A stretch of 64,000 nucleotides of DNA. Source: an uncultured Pseudomonadales bacterium (GTDB lineage: Bacteria > Patescibacteriota > Microgenomatia > UBA1400 > UBA12028). The translations under genes were made by a program, and so were the position numbers. Below, in pieces: positions 30,095-38,539 of this stretch (positions are counted from its first letter, which is position 1; the number at the start of each line of letters is the position of its first letter). The stretch covers positions 4,695 through 68,694 of the forward strand of contig CAZWPK010000005.1 in NCBI GenBank assembly GCA_964635905.1. The letters are read 5' to 3'. The notes below the pieces were generated by a model. That model ran no database searches, was not told where the DNA came from, and worked only from the letters and a program-made list of their open reading frames with translations.

Positions 30095-31531
30095 TTAACT
30101 CGAAATACCTGAATGTGCTTTTGCCACAATGAATTGCCCTTCCGGGGAATCTTGAACCACAAAGCCTGCGTTTGCAATTTGCTCACGTAAAGAATCTGAG
30201 GTTGTAAAATCTTTTGCCTGTCGAGCTTTCTGTCGTTTTGCAAGTAACTCTTTTACAGATTCAGGGATTGTAACAAGTTGCTGCTGATACTGAGCAACCA
30301 ACTTGGATACTCCAAGTCCTAAGACTGAGTCAAACTCTCCAACTAGATCGACTTTATCGCGGCCAGGGATATTACTTTTTAATACTTCCCACAGGATGGC
30401 AATTGCCTGCGGAGAATCTAAATCTTCCTGTAAGGCATCAAAGAAACGGGTGCGATAGGTAGAAATTTTTTCCATCTTTTCTTCTGAGAGACTATCACGA
30501 TCAGATTGTCCAGAAATGCCAGAGAGAATAGCTACCAACCGATGGAGCGCTGTTTGCGACGCTTCCAAATTTTTCCAAGTAAAGTTTAACTCACTGCGGT
30601 AATGCGAAGTGTAAAACAAAAGTTTAAGCGCCATCGGTGAAAACCCTTTGGAAATAACATCGTCGATCGTAAAAAAATTGCCCAAGGACTTACTCATTTT
30701 TTCCCCATCCACGCGTAGGAAATTATGATGGACCCAGAAGCGTACAAACGGATGTTTTCCGGTAGCTGCCTCTGCTTGCGCGATTTCATTCGTGTGATGA
30801 ACCGGTATGTGATCAATTCCCCCGGTATGGATATCGAACTGCTCACCTAAATACTTCATTGCCATGGCGGAACATTCAATGTGCCAACCCGGGAAACCTT
30901 TTCCCCAAGGACTGTCCCATTCCATCTGTCGTTGTTCGTTTGATGGAGAAAATTTCCATAACGCAAAGTCCGTTGGCTGCTTTTTCCCCGCAACCATTTC
31001 TACCCGAGCACCCGCTTTTAACGACTCTACATCCAACTGTGCCAGGCTTCCATACTCTGGAAATTTGCTGGTATCGAAATACACTCCATCAGGAAGGGTA
31101 TAGGTATACCCTTTTTTCTCTAAGCGGGAGATGAGCTCAATCTGTTCTGGAATGTGATCGGTGGCTTTACAGCTAATATCTGGACGACCGATGCCCATTT
31201 GATCCAAACTCTTCCAATAGAATGCTTCAAATTCAGCTGCAATTTCCCAAACCGACTTTCCGTATTTCTTTGCCCCTTTTTCCATTTTGTCTTCCCCAGT
31301 GTCACCATCGGAGACTAAATGCCCGACGTCGGTAATATTTTGGACGTGTGTCAAAGAAAGCCCTTGTTGGCGAAGTACTCGCACAAGAAGGTCATCCATT
31401 GTGTACTTACGCAAATGTCCTAAATGGGCATAGTCATAGACAGTGGGACCACACGCATACAGACCAACGGTCGCGGCAGTTACGGGAGAAAAGTCTTCAA
31501 TTGATCTTGTCAGCGAATTGTAGAGTTTCAT
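30095..31531 (-). CDS. cysS: Cysteinyl-tRNA synthetase
   Basis: CGPTVYD..HLGH, DFALWK, PGWHIECSAM, HHTNEIAQ, KMSKSLGN. Confidence 0.98.
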   Translation of the reverse strand: MKLYNSLTRSIEDFSPVTAATVGLYACGPTVYDYAHLGHLRKYTMDDLLVRVLRQQGLSLTHVQNITDVGHLVSDGDTGEDKMEKGAKKYGKSVWEIAAEFEAFYWKSLDQMGIGRPDISCKATDHIPEQIELISRLEKKGYTYTLPDGVYFDTSKFPEYGSLAQLDVESLKAGARVEMVAGKKQPTDFALWKFSPSNEQRQMEWDSPWGKGFPGWHIECSAMAMKYLGEQFDIHTGGIDHIPVHHTNEIAQAEAATGKHPFVRFWVHHNFLRVDGEKMSKSLGNFFTIDDVISKGFSPMALKLLFYTSHYRSELNFTWKNLEASQTALHRLVAILSGISGQSDRDSLSEEKMEKISTYRTRFFDALQEDLDSPQAIAILWEVLKSNIPGRDKVDLVGEFDSVLGLGVSKLVAQYQQQLVTIPESVKELLAKRQKARQAKDFTTSDSLREQIANAGFVVQDSPEGQFIVAKAHSGISS

Positions 31532-31567
31532 TCTTTCCTTTCAACACGATTGTCAGTTCCAAGCTAC

Positions 31568-31592
31568 AAAAAATCCGTCACTCGGGACGGAT
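31568..31592 (-). terminator. Intrinsic terminator in the cysS leader (attenuator 3:4 stem)
   Basis: Minus strand ATCCGTC-CCGAGT-GACGGAT-TTTTT, about 36 nt upstream of the cysS ATG. Confidence 0.85.
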
Positions 31593-31624
31593 AGTATGCA
31601 TTACATATCTGCCCAAGAAGACAC

Positions 31625-31666
31625 TTAACGTGGACAGCAACAGATAGTAAATCTGGACTCATGCAT
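31625..31666 (-). CDS. Putative cysS leader peptide MHESRFTICCCPR (13 aa)
   Basis: ATG CAT GAG TCC AGA TTT ACT ATC TGT TGC TGT CCA CGT TAA; TATACT (31674-31679) lies 7 nt before the ATG; precedes the terminator and cysS. Confidence 0.85.
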   Translation of the reverse strand: MHESRFTICCCPR

Positions 31667-31748
31667 AGCCACGAGTATACGGTGTGGACGTGTGAAATAC
31701 AACCTTACCCTTGAATCTGGGACAAAAATTGCGTAAAAATACAAAAAA

Positions 31749-32294
31749 ATGCAATTGGAACAGAGAGAGTACTGCTATTTTATTGGAATCGGTCTTCCGC
31801 CTATCGAGGATCGTTTTTTTTCTGCGCTCAAAGCCACGTACAGCAGAGTTGAAGAGCTTTCAAGCCCGCCCCACATTACCATTAAACCACCCTTTTTCCA
31901 TCGCAATGAGTCCTACATTATCGAAAGACTAACTGCGTGTTGCCTTAAGGTTGATGCCTTTGCGGTCAACATTTCCCTAGTCGGAAGCTTTGGCCATCAA
32001 CGGAATAGTACGGTCTTTTTAGCTCCAGAAAAAACCTTCGAACTAAAAAAGTTAGAACGCAAAATTAGCGACGCGTTTAGTTTTCTTCCTCCAAACCCTG
32101 ACTATCATCCGCATCTGACCATCGGTCAACGCATTCCGCATGCGGACGTTTCTTCGGTTAAAGCCCAACTGCGTGCACAGTCAATTACGCTACAGCTCTT
32201 GGTAAAAAGTGTGACCCTGTATCGGAGAAGCGATCATCAGGGATGGATTCCATTGGTTCGTTGCCCATTAAAGACGGAAGATTTTGCCGATTAG
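31749..32294 (+). CDS. 2H phosphoesterase (2'-5' RNA ligase family)
   Basis: Two HxT motifs: PHITI and PHLTI. Confidence 0.9.
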   Translation: MQLEQREYCYFIGIGLPPIEDRFFSALKATYSRVEELSSPPHITIKPPFFHRNESYIIERLTACCLKVDAFAVNISLVGSFGHQRNSTVFLAPEKTFELKKLERKISDAFSFLPPNPDYHPHLTIGQRIPHADVSSVKAQLRAQSITLQLLVKSVTLYRRSDHQGWIPLVRCPLKTEDFAD

Positions 32295-32773
32295 CCGGCA
32301 CCTACACGCTTTTCTGCATTGGCAGCATCTTGAGCCATTTGGACCTGAAGATTTTGCGCTTTAGATTTCTCTAGTTGTTTGATCTCAAAGCGTTCTTGTT
32401 CTTTTTGTTGATCAGCTGCGGCGCGTTTCTGCGCATCTTCTTGTTTCTTCTGTTCAAAATAGACTTGCGATTGTTGTTGAATTTTGTCGTGGAGCGCTTG
32501 ATGTTGCTCTACTTTAAACGATTCATCTTGCTTCATCTTTTGAGCAATCTGTGCTTGAGAAACTGCATCATTGCCCTTTTCCGCCGTGCCACTATCGGCA
32601 TCCCCACCACCAGCTCCAGAACTACCCAAGAGCTCCTCCAAAATATCTAACGGGGTTTTGGCAATTTGCTTGGCAGTGTCCGAGATTGCACTCTTGGCTG
32701 AATCGGCAACACCTGTTCCAATATCGGAAACAGCTTGGGTAACTGCTTGGCCGGCTGCTTGAAGCATACTCAT
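32291..32773 (-). CDS. Hypothetical coiled-coil Q/A/K-rich protein
   Basis: Long biased ORF; TATACT 9 nt before ATG. Confidence 0.7.
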   Translation of the reverse strand: MSMLQAAGQAVTQAVSDIGTGVADSAKSAISDTAKQIAKTPLDILEELLGSSGAGGGDADSGTAEKGNDAVSQAQIAQKMKQDESFKVEQHQALHDKIQQQSQVYFEQKKQEDAQKRAAADQQKEQERFEIKQLEKSKAQNLQVQMAQDAANAEKRVGAG

Positions 32774-32807
32774 ATAAAAATAAGTATAGCGTATTCCACA
32801 CTGTGGG

Positions 32808-33104
32808 TCACGTTGTGCGTTTCTTTAAATCTATCAATCGAAGTTTTAAGGTATCGACTGCCTTAAAAAAAGCTGCATAAAAGTTCTTGGCGTTCTCTTT
32901 TACCATTACGGTTTTACCCTGTACAGAGCCAATCAGTTCTACAGTGGCCAAGGATTCTTTTTGATGTTTGTGACGATTGACGTCAATTAAGACTTGAACA
33001 GAAGTTAACGATGGAAGCTTTGATAGTTTGGAGAGACGTTGAGTGACAAAAGTTTTTAACCCGCTCGTAAGTGGTACATTTTTACTGGAAAGAATAAGTT
33101 GCAT
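32808..33104 (-). CDS. hpf: Ribosome hibernation factor (short HPF/RaiA)
   Basis: KNVPLTSGLK.FV..RL.KL and FYAAF..AVD.L pattern. Confidence 0.85.
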   Translation of the reverse strand: MQLILSSKNVPLTSGLKTFVTQRLSKLSKLPSLTSVQVLIDVNRHKHQKESLATVELIGSVQGKTVMVKENAKNFYAAFFKAVDTLKLRLIDLKKRTT

Positions 33105-33154
33105 GTGAATCCTCCGATAACTGACTACATACTGTAAAGGGTTCTTTTTGTGTC

Positions 33155-33766
33155 CTACATCGTCCTCCTTCCTTCTAGTGCTCGCGTTAAGGTCACTGAG
33201 TCAGCGAATTCAATATCGGCTCCGACGGGAAGTCCATGGCCGATCCGCGAAATAATCGGCATAGGATGCTGCGTTTGCTCGTGCCAGTCCTTGATAATAT
33301 GTTGAATATACATGGCCGTGGCTTCCCCCTCCATCGTCGGGTTCGTGGCTAAGATGATTTCCTGCGTCTGGTCTAACCGTTTCACAATATCGCGTAAATA
33401 TAATTGATCGGGTCCAATATTATTTAACGGGGAAATTGCTCCGTGCAATACATGATATACCCCGTGGAATTTTTCGCTACGTTCTAATGCTAGTACATCG
33501 AGTGGTTGCTCCACCACACAGAGTAATTCTGTATTCCGAGCGATGTCGGAACAAATTTCACAGGGATCGTGTTCCCCGACGTTATGACAAATGGTACAAA
33601 TTTTGGTGCCTTTTTTAAGATCAAGTAAAATCTGTGAAAATCGCTCCAATTCACTTTCAGGATTATGTAAGAGATAAAACACCAGACGCTGAGCGGATTT
33701 CGGTCCAACACCTGGAAGTTTTTCAAATTGTTCAATAGCATGCCGAATCGATCGGGGAAGTTTCAT
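33155..33766 (-). CDS. recR: Recombination mediator RecR
   Basis: LPGVGPKSAQR, C4 zinc finger, YHVLHG, ATNPTMEGEATA. Confidence 0.97.
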   Translation of the reverse strand: MKLPRSIRHAIEQFEKLPGVGPKSAQRLVFYLLHNPESELERFSQILLDLKKGTKICTICHNVGEHDPCEICSDIARNTELLCVVEQPLDVLALERSEKFHGVYHVLHGAISPLNNIGPDQLYLRDIVKRLDQTQEIILATNPTMEGEATAMYIQHIIKDWHEQTQHPMPIISRIGHGLPVGADIEFADSVTLTRALEGRRTM

Positions 33767-33854
33767 GAGCATGACGAGACTATCACATCGATGGCCACTC
33801 TGAGAAGGGCTTTCTTACTTGCAACGAACTTCCTTTGTAGACTAGGATAGAGTT

Positions 33855-35597
33855 GTGACGAGTGCCACACCACATTCTCCAGTCCAAGCCGGTCAAAAAG
33901 GGTCGTCTCTTTCTGCAATGCTTGCTGCCAAACTCCCAATTCTCCCGGGGTTTATTGTTGCAGCTCAAGCATTCGAAGAATTTATTGCATTTAATCGACT
34001 TCAAGAACAAATCGAAGAGATCATCGAAAAGAGTAATGCGCAAAGCCCATCGGAATTGGCCAAAAGTGCAAAAGCAATTCATCGTTTAATTGCACACGGA
34101 GAATTTCCACCCCAATTAGTCGCTCAAATTCTTCCCATGTATCTCAAGATTGGTCAGGGACGCGTATTTTTGTCTCCTAGTGTCCATGTCCACGATGCAG
34201 TCTCCCCATTTATTGACACCGTTGACCATTTCTTTTTTGGATACGAGGGCGAGGCAAACATCTTTGAAGGAATCAAAGAAGTGTGGAGTCATTTCTTTGA
34301 CCCCAAACCACTTTTCTATCGCATCAAACACCATACCAATCATTTTCAACTTCCCTTTGCCGTGTGTATCCAACGTCACCCCAAGTTTCAAACAACGGGA
34401 ATTCTCTACACCAGCGATCCCACTGCCACACAAAAAAATACGTGTCTGGTAAAAGCCGTCTTAGGAGAGCAAGGGTTAATTGAAGAGGTACAAGGTGCGG
34501 ATTACTATTGGATTTCAAAATCCTCCAAAGAAGAACTCAAAACTGTCATCGACAAACAAACAGAGTCGATTGTTTGGGAACATGGAGAATCCGTGTTTAA
34601 AAAGATCACGGGTCCGTCGTCACAGAAACGAAAGCTCCCAACTGCAGCGATCGGATTGCTTAGTAAGCTTGCCGGAAAAATCCAGCAACATTTTTTCTTC
34701 CCCCAAAAAGTTGTCTTTGGTTGGGATGGGAAAACAGTCTGGGTCGTTGATGTCGCGCCACTGGAGATGCCTCTCTTTGCGCCCCATCATTTGCAATCGC
34801 ATCCATCCTCTGTCGTGGTGAATCCCGCGCAGCCATCTTCCACCGTACCATTAAAGCGTCCACAGACGACTCAAACGATCCCAACGATTGGCCTGCTGCA
34901 TCCCCTCACACCCGACGCGCGTTTGCCTGCCATGCAGCCAACGGGACATCTCTACCTACAACCCGAACTATTACTAGAGGCGATGTCGGCAGGAAAAGCT
35001 ATCTCCACACGCTTAGTCGCCCATGAGCTACAAAAGACCTTAACGTTTCTGTGTACCAAATCCCATGCACCAAAAGGATTTTTCTACGAAATTGATACCC
35101 ATAAGCCGGAGCTGGTCGCCTCCCAGCTTCAAGCGTTAGCTGCCACAAAAACACAATTTGCAACGCTTCCTTTTGGCTTAGTGTTTGGGCATGTTGAACA
35201 CTGCTCCGCCTATGCGCAAACAGTAAAGACCGTGCTAGAAATGGGTTTAGTTCGTGCCAGTATGCTTACCTACTATCTACTGTTGTCGGTACCTAGTCAG
35301 CTGTACGAGATCGAACCGTGTGTCCAAAAGGGCTTAGACGGAGTGGTCATCGATGTGGATGAAATTGCCCGTCACTTACATGCCAAAAACGAGCTATCCG
35401 CGGCTGACTTTTCTTCTCCCGCTGTGATAGAGTATGTACGGAGTGCAACAGCGATTTGTCATCAAGAAGGCATCCTGTGTTTCATCAAAAGCATCCACTC
35501 CCCTACGCAAGACATGCTGGAAGTCTTTAACACATCCGATCTGGCCGAGTGGATAGGCACCCCGCAAGCGGGTCAGTATATTCGCGATCATCAATAA
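33855..35597 (+). CDS. Degenerate PEP synthase/PPDK-like protein
   Basis: N-terminus aligns with PPDK_N (GQKGSSL, PGF, G...T.DP); degenerate PEP-utiliser barrel (GLDGVVID); no phospho-His domain. Confidence 0.7.
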   Translation: MTSATPHSPVQAGQKGSSLSAMLAAKLPILPGFIVAAQAFEEFIAFNRLQEQIEEIIEKSNAQSPSELAKSAKAIHRLIAHGEFPPQLVAQILPMYLKIGQGRVFLSPSVHVHDAVSPFIDTVDHFFFGYEGEANIFEGIKEVWSHFFDPKPLFYRIKHHTNHFQLPFAVCIQRHPKFQTTGILYTSDPTATQKNTCLVKAVLGEQGLIEEVQGADYYWISKSSKEELKTVIDKQTESIVWEHGESVFKKITGPSSQKRKLPTAAIGLLSKLAGKIQQHFFFPQKVVFGWDGKTVWVVDVAPLEMPLFAPHHLQSHPSSVVVNPAQPSSTVPLKRPQTTQTIPTIGLLHPLTPDARLPAMQPTGHLYLQPELLLEAMSAGKAISTRLVAHELQKTLTFLCTKSHAPKGFFYEIDTHKPELVASQLQALAATKTQFATLPFGLVFGHVEHCSAYAQTVKTVLEMGLVRASMLTYYLLLSVPSQLYEIEPCVQKGLDGVVIDVDEIARHLHAKNELSAADFSSPAVIEYVRSATAICHQEGILCFIKSIHSPTQDMLEVFNTSDLAEWIGTPQAGQYIRDHQ

Positions 35598-35607
35598 TCA
35601 GAGTATT

Positions 35608-36864
35608 ATGGCAAAAATCACACAACTACAGGCGCGTGAAATTCTCGACTCTCGGGGATATCCAACCGTGGAAGTTCGGATCGAGTTAGATTCTGGGCAA
35701 TCGGTTCGCGCAAGTGTTCCGGGAGGAACTTCGAGTGGGAAACATGAAGCCGTCGAAATTCGCGACAATGATCCCAGTCGCATGGGGGGCAAAGGAGTAC
35801 GAAAAGTCGTTGCTACCATTAATGATATTATTCGGCCGGTTTTTATTGGCCAAGACCCCGTGCGTCAGACTTCTGCTGATCAATTACTCTATAACTTAGA
35901 TGGAACCATCAATAAATCCAAGCTTGGTGCCAATGCCATCTTGGGCGTGTCCACTGCAGTCTGTAAAGCCGGAGCCGCCAGTGTGGGAATGCCCGTATAT
36001 CGCTATTTTAAAGAGAAATATGGGTTGACCTCCGCCCTCCGAATGCCATCCCCAATTTTTAACTTGATCAATGGGGGACAACATGGAGCCGGAAATCTAG
36101 ACTTCCAAGAATTTCATATCATTCCAACCAGCAACAAACCCTTCTCCGCCTCCTTAGAATTAGGGGTAGAAATGTTCATGGCCTTGGAACAAGTACTGAT
36201 TGCCAAGAATGCAATTCACAGTGTTGGGGTGGAAGGTGGATTTGCTCCCAACTTATTTACCAACTTGGATGCCCTGGAATTACTCAATGAAGCCATGAAA
36301 CAAACCTCGTTCCTCTTCGGTCAAGATTTATTTTTCGGCCTCGATGTGGCCGCCTCGTATTTTTACAAGAACGGAAAATACTCCATCCGCGATCGTCAGG
36401 AAGCGTTCTCGACAAAAGAGCTCATGGAATACTACAAAGAGCTGAATGCAAAATATCACATTTTCTCTATCGAAGATCCCTTCCATGAAGACGACTGGGC
36501 AGCCTGGACCGAATTAACCGCGCAGATTTCCGATCGTGTCGTGGTCGTTGCTGATGATTTAGTGACTACGAATAAAGAACGATTACAACGAGCAATCAAA
36601 GAAAAAGCTTGCACCTCCCTCATGATTAAGCCCAACCAAATTGGAACCATTAGTGAGACAGTCGAGGTCGTCAAAATCGCCAAGGACGCAAAAATGCAAG
36701 TCGTTGCTTCACACCGTTCGGGTGAAACCAATGATGATTTCATTGCGGATCTCGCCGTCGGCTTAGGTTGTGATTACACCAAATTTGGAGCCCCCATTAG
36801 AGGAGAACGAATCGCCAAATACAATCGACTCCTCGAAATTGAAACGGAACTAAATTCCGCTTAA
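35608..36864 (+). CDS. eno: Enolase
   Basis: REILDSRG.PTVE, LGANAILGVS, FQEF, SHRSGET, RGERIAKYN. Confidence 0.98.
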   Translation: MAKITQLQAREILDSRGYPTVEVRIELDSGQSVRASVPGGTSSGKHEAVEIRDNDPSRMGGKGVRKVVATINDIIRPVFIGQDPVRQTSADQLLYNLDGTINKSKLGANAILGVSTAVCKAGAASVGMPVYRYFKEKYGLTSALRMPSPIFNLINGGQHGAGNLDFQEFHIIPTSNKPFSASLELGVEMFMALEQVLIAKNAIHSVGVEGGFAPNLFTNLDALELLNEAMKQTSFLFGQDLFFGLDVAASYFYKNGKYSIRDRQEAFSTKELMEYYKELNAKYHIFSIEDPFHEDDWAAWTELTAQISDRVVVVADDLVTTNKERLQRAIKEKACTSLMIKPNQIGTISETVEVVKIAKDAKMQVVASHRSGETNDDFIADLAVGLGCDYTKFGAPIRGERIAKYNRLLEIETELNSA

Positions 36865-36872
36865 TCCATTGT

Positions 36873-38501
36873 ATGCCTTCCAAAATTCGTCCAGTTGTCC
36901 TTCTCATTCTTGATGGATGGGGAATCGGTCCTGCCAATGCCGGGAATGCAATCACGCAAGCCAATACTCCAAACTTACGTCGTTATTGGGTGTCGTATCC
37001 CCATACGCAATTATTGGCGTCCGGAGAGGCTGTCGGACTGCCTAGAGGTGAAGATGGGAATACGGAAACCGGCCATTTAAACATGGGTGCAGGTAGCATC
37101 GTATATCAAGACCTCCCACGCATTAACATGAGTATTGCCGATGGCACGTTTGAACAGAATCCAGTTTTCTTGCAAGCCTTTGAACATGTTAAACAGAACA
37201 ATTCGGTATTACACCTGATGGGACTCGTAGGTTCCGGTGGCGTCCATTCGAACATTGACCATTTATTTGCACTGCTCCTCAATGCCAAACAAAAAGGCTT
37301 AGGTGAAAATGTCTTTTTACATTTATTCACCGATGGTCGCGACTCGCCACCCACATCGGCGATCTCCTTTATCACCCAAATTCAGGCAAAATGTAAATCG
37401 CTGGGCGTTGGCCAGATTGCAACGATCATGGGTCGCTACTATGCCATGGATCGCGACAAGCGCTGGGACCGAACCCAGATTGCCTATGATGCACTAACTC
37501 TCGGGAGTCCGTCGTGTACGCAAGACCCCTTAGCCGCAGTCAACGACTGTTATAACCGTGGTGAAAATGATGAATTCATCAAACCCATCATGGTCTGTAC
37601 CCCACAAGGAAAACCCAAACTCGTCTCGGACAACGACGCGATTATCTTTTATAATTTCCGAATTGATCGTCCTCGACAATTAACCCGCGCCTTTGTGCTT
37701 CCAAACTTTGAGAGCGGCATCACGTCGGAAGGCTTTGATCCGTACACCGTAAAATATCAGCATACCCACCTACAATCCACATCCACTGCTCAAACCTTTC
37801 AACGAAACAAGGTACTCAAGAATTTGTATTTTGTTACCATGACCGAATATGAACGTGGGCTACCAACAAATATTGCCTACCCTCCGCAAGCCGTCGAAAT
37901 GCCGTTAGGAAGAGTGCTTGCCGAACATGGGCTCAAACAATTGCGCATGTCAGAAACAGAAAAAGAACGGTTTGTGACCTATTACTTTAACGGATTACGT
38001 GAAGATCCCTTTCCAGGTGAAGATCGAGTCATTATCCCCTCACAAAAAGTTGCAACGTATGATTTGGCTCCCGAGATGAGTGCGAATGAAATCACCGCGA
38101 CCTTTCTAGAACGGCTCAACAGCGATTTGTATGATGTTGCAATCATCAACTTTGCCAATGCCGATATGGTAGCGCACACCGGAAATTTAAAATCAACGAT
38201 TTCAGCCTGCGAAATCTTAGATCGTTGTGTCGGGAAAATTGTTGACGCGGTTACCGCTCGAGGAGGCGTTGTTTTAATCACCGCAGACCACGGGAATGCA
38301 GAAGAAATGATTAACAATCAAACGGGGGAAATGGATACGGAACATTCCACCTATCCCATTCCCTTCTTTTGTATTGGCAAGCCATTCCAAAACAATACCA
38401 CGATGTTGCAATCCGGAATTCTTGCAGATATTTCTCCAACCATCTTGCATTTATTAGGAGTAAATAAGCCTGTGAGCATGAGTGGGCGGATTCTAATCTA
38501 G
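36873..38501 (+). CDS. gpmI: 2,3-BPG-independent phosphoglycerate mutase
   Basis: LILDGWG, GRYYAMDRD, ETEK, DMVAHTG, TADHGNAE. Confidence 0.97.
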   Translation: MPSKIRPVVLLILDGWGIGPANAGNAITQANTPNLRRYWVSYPHTQLLASGEAVGLPRGEDGNTETGHLNMGAGSIVYQDLPRINMSIADGTFEQNPVFLQAFEHVKQNNSVLHLMGLVGSGGVHSNIDHLFALLLNAKQKGLGENVFLHLFTDGRDSPPTSAISFITQIQAKCKSLGVGQIATIMGRYYAMDRDKRWDRTQIAYDALTLGSPSCTQDPLAAVNDCYNRGENDEFIKPIMVCTPQGKPKLVSDNDAIIFYNFRIDRPRQLTRAFVLPNFESGITSEGFDPYTVKYQHTHLQSTSTAQTFQRNKVLKNLYFVTMTEYERGLPTNIAYPPQAVEMPLGRVLAEHGLKQLRMSETEKERFVTYYFNGLREDPFPGEDRVIIPSQKVATYDLAPEMSANEITATFLERLNSDLYDVAIINFANADMVAHTGNLKSTISACEILDRCVGKIVDAVTARGGVVLITADHGNAEEMINNQTGEMDTEHSTYPIPFFCIGKPFQNNTTMLQSGILADISPTILHLLGVNKPVSMSGRILI

Positions 38502-38539
38502 ACCGCTGAACTCTTTTCTTGTTATCCTTAAGCTGTACC

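Noticed and set aside
31531-31680. T-box riboswitch upstream of cysS
   Set aside because: No T-box GGTGGnACCGCG consensus or stem I, and the leader is only about 135 nt; the Cys-codon uORF explains the terminator better
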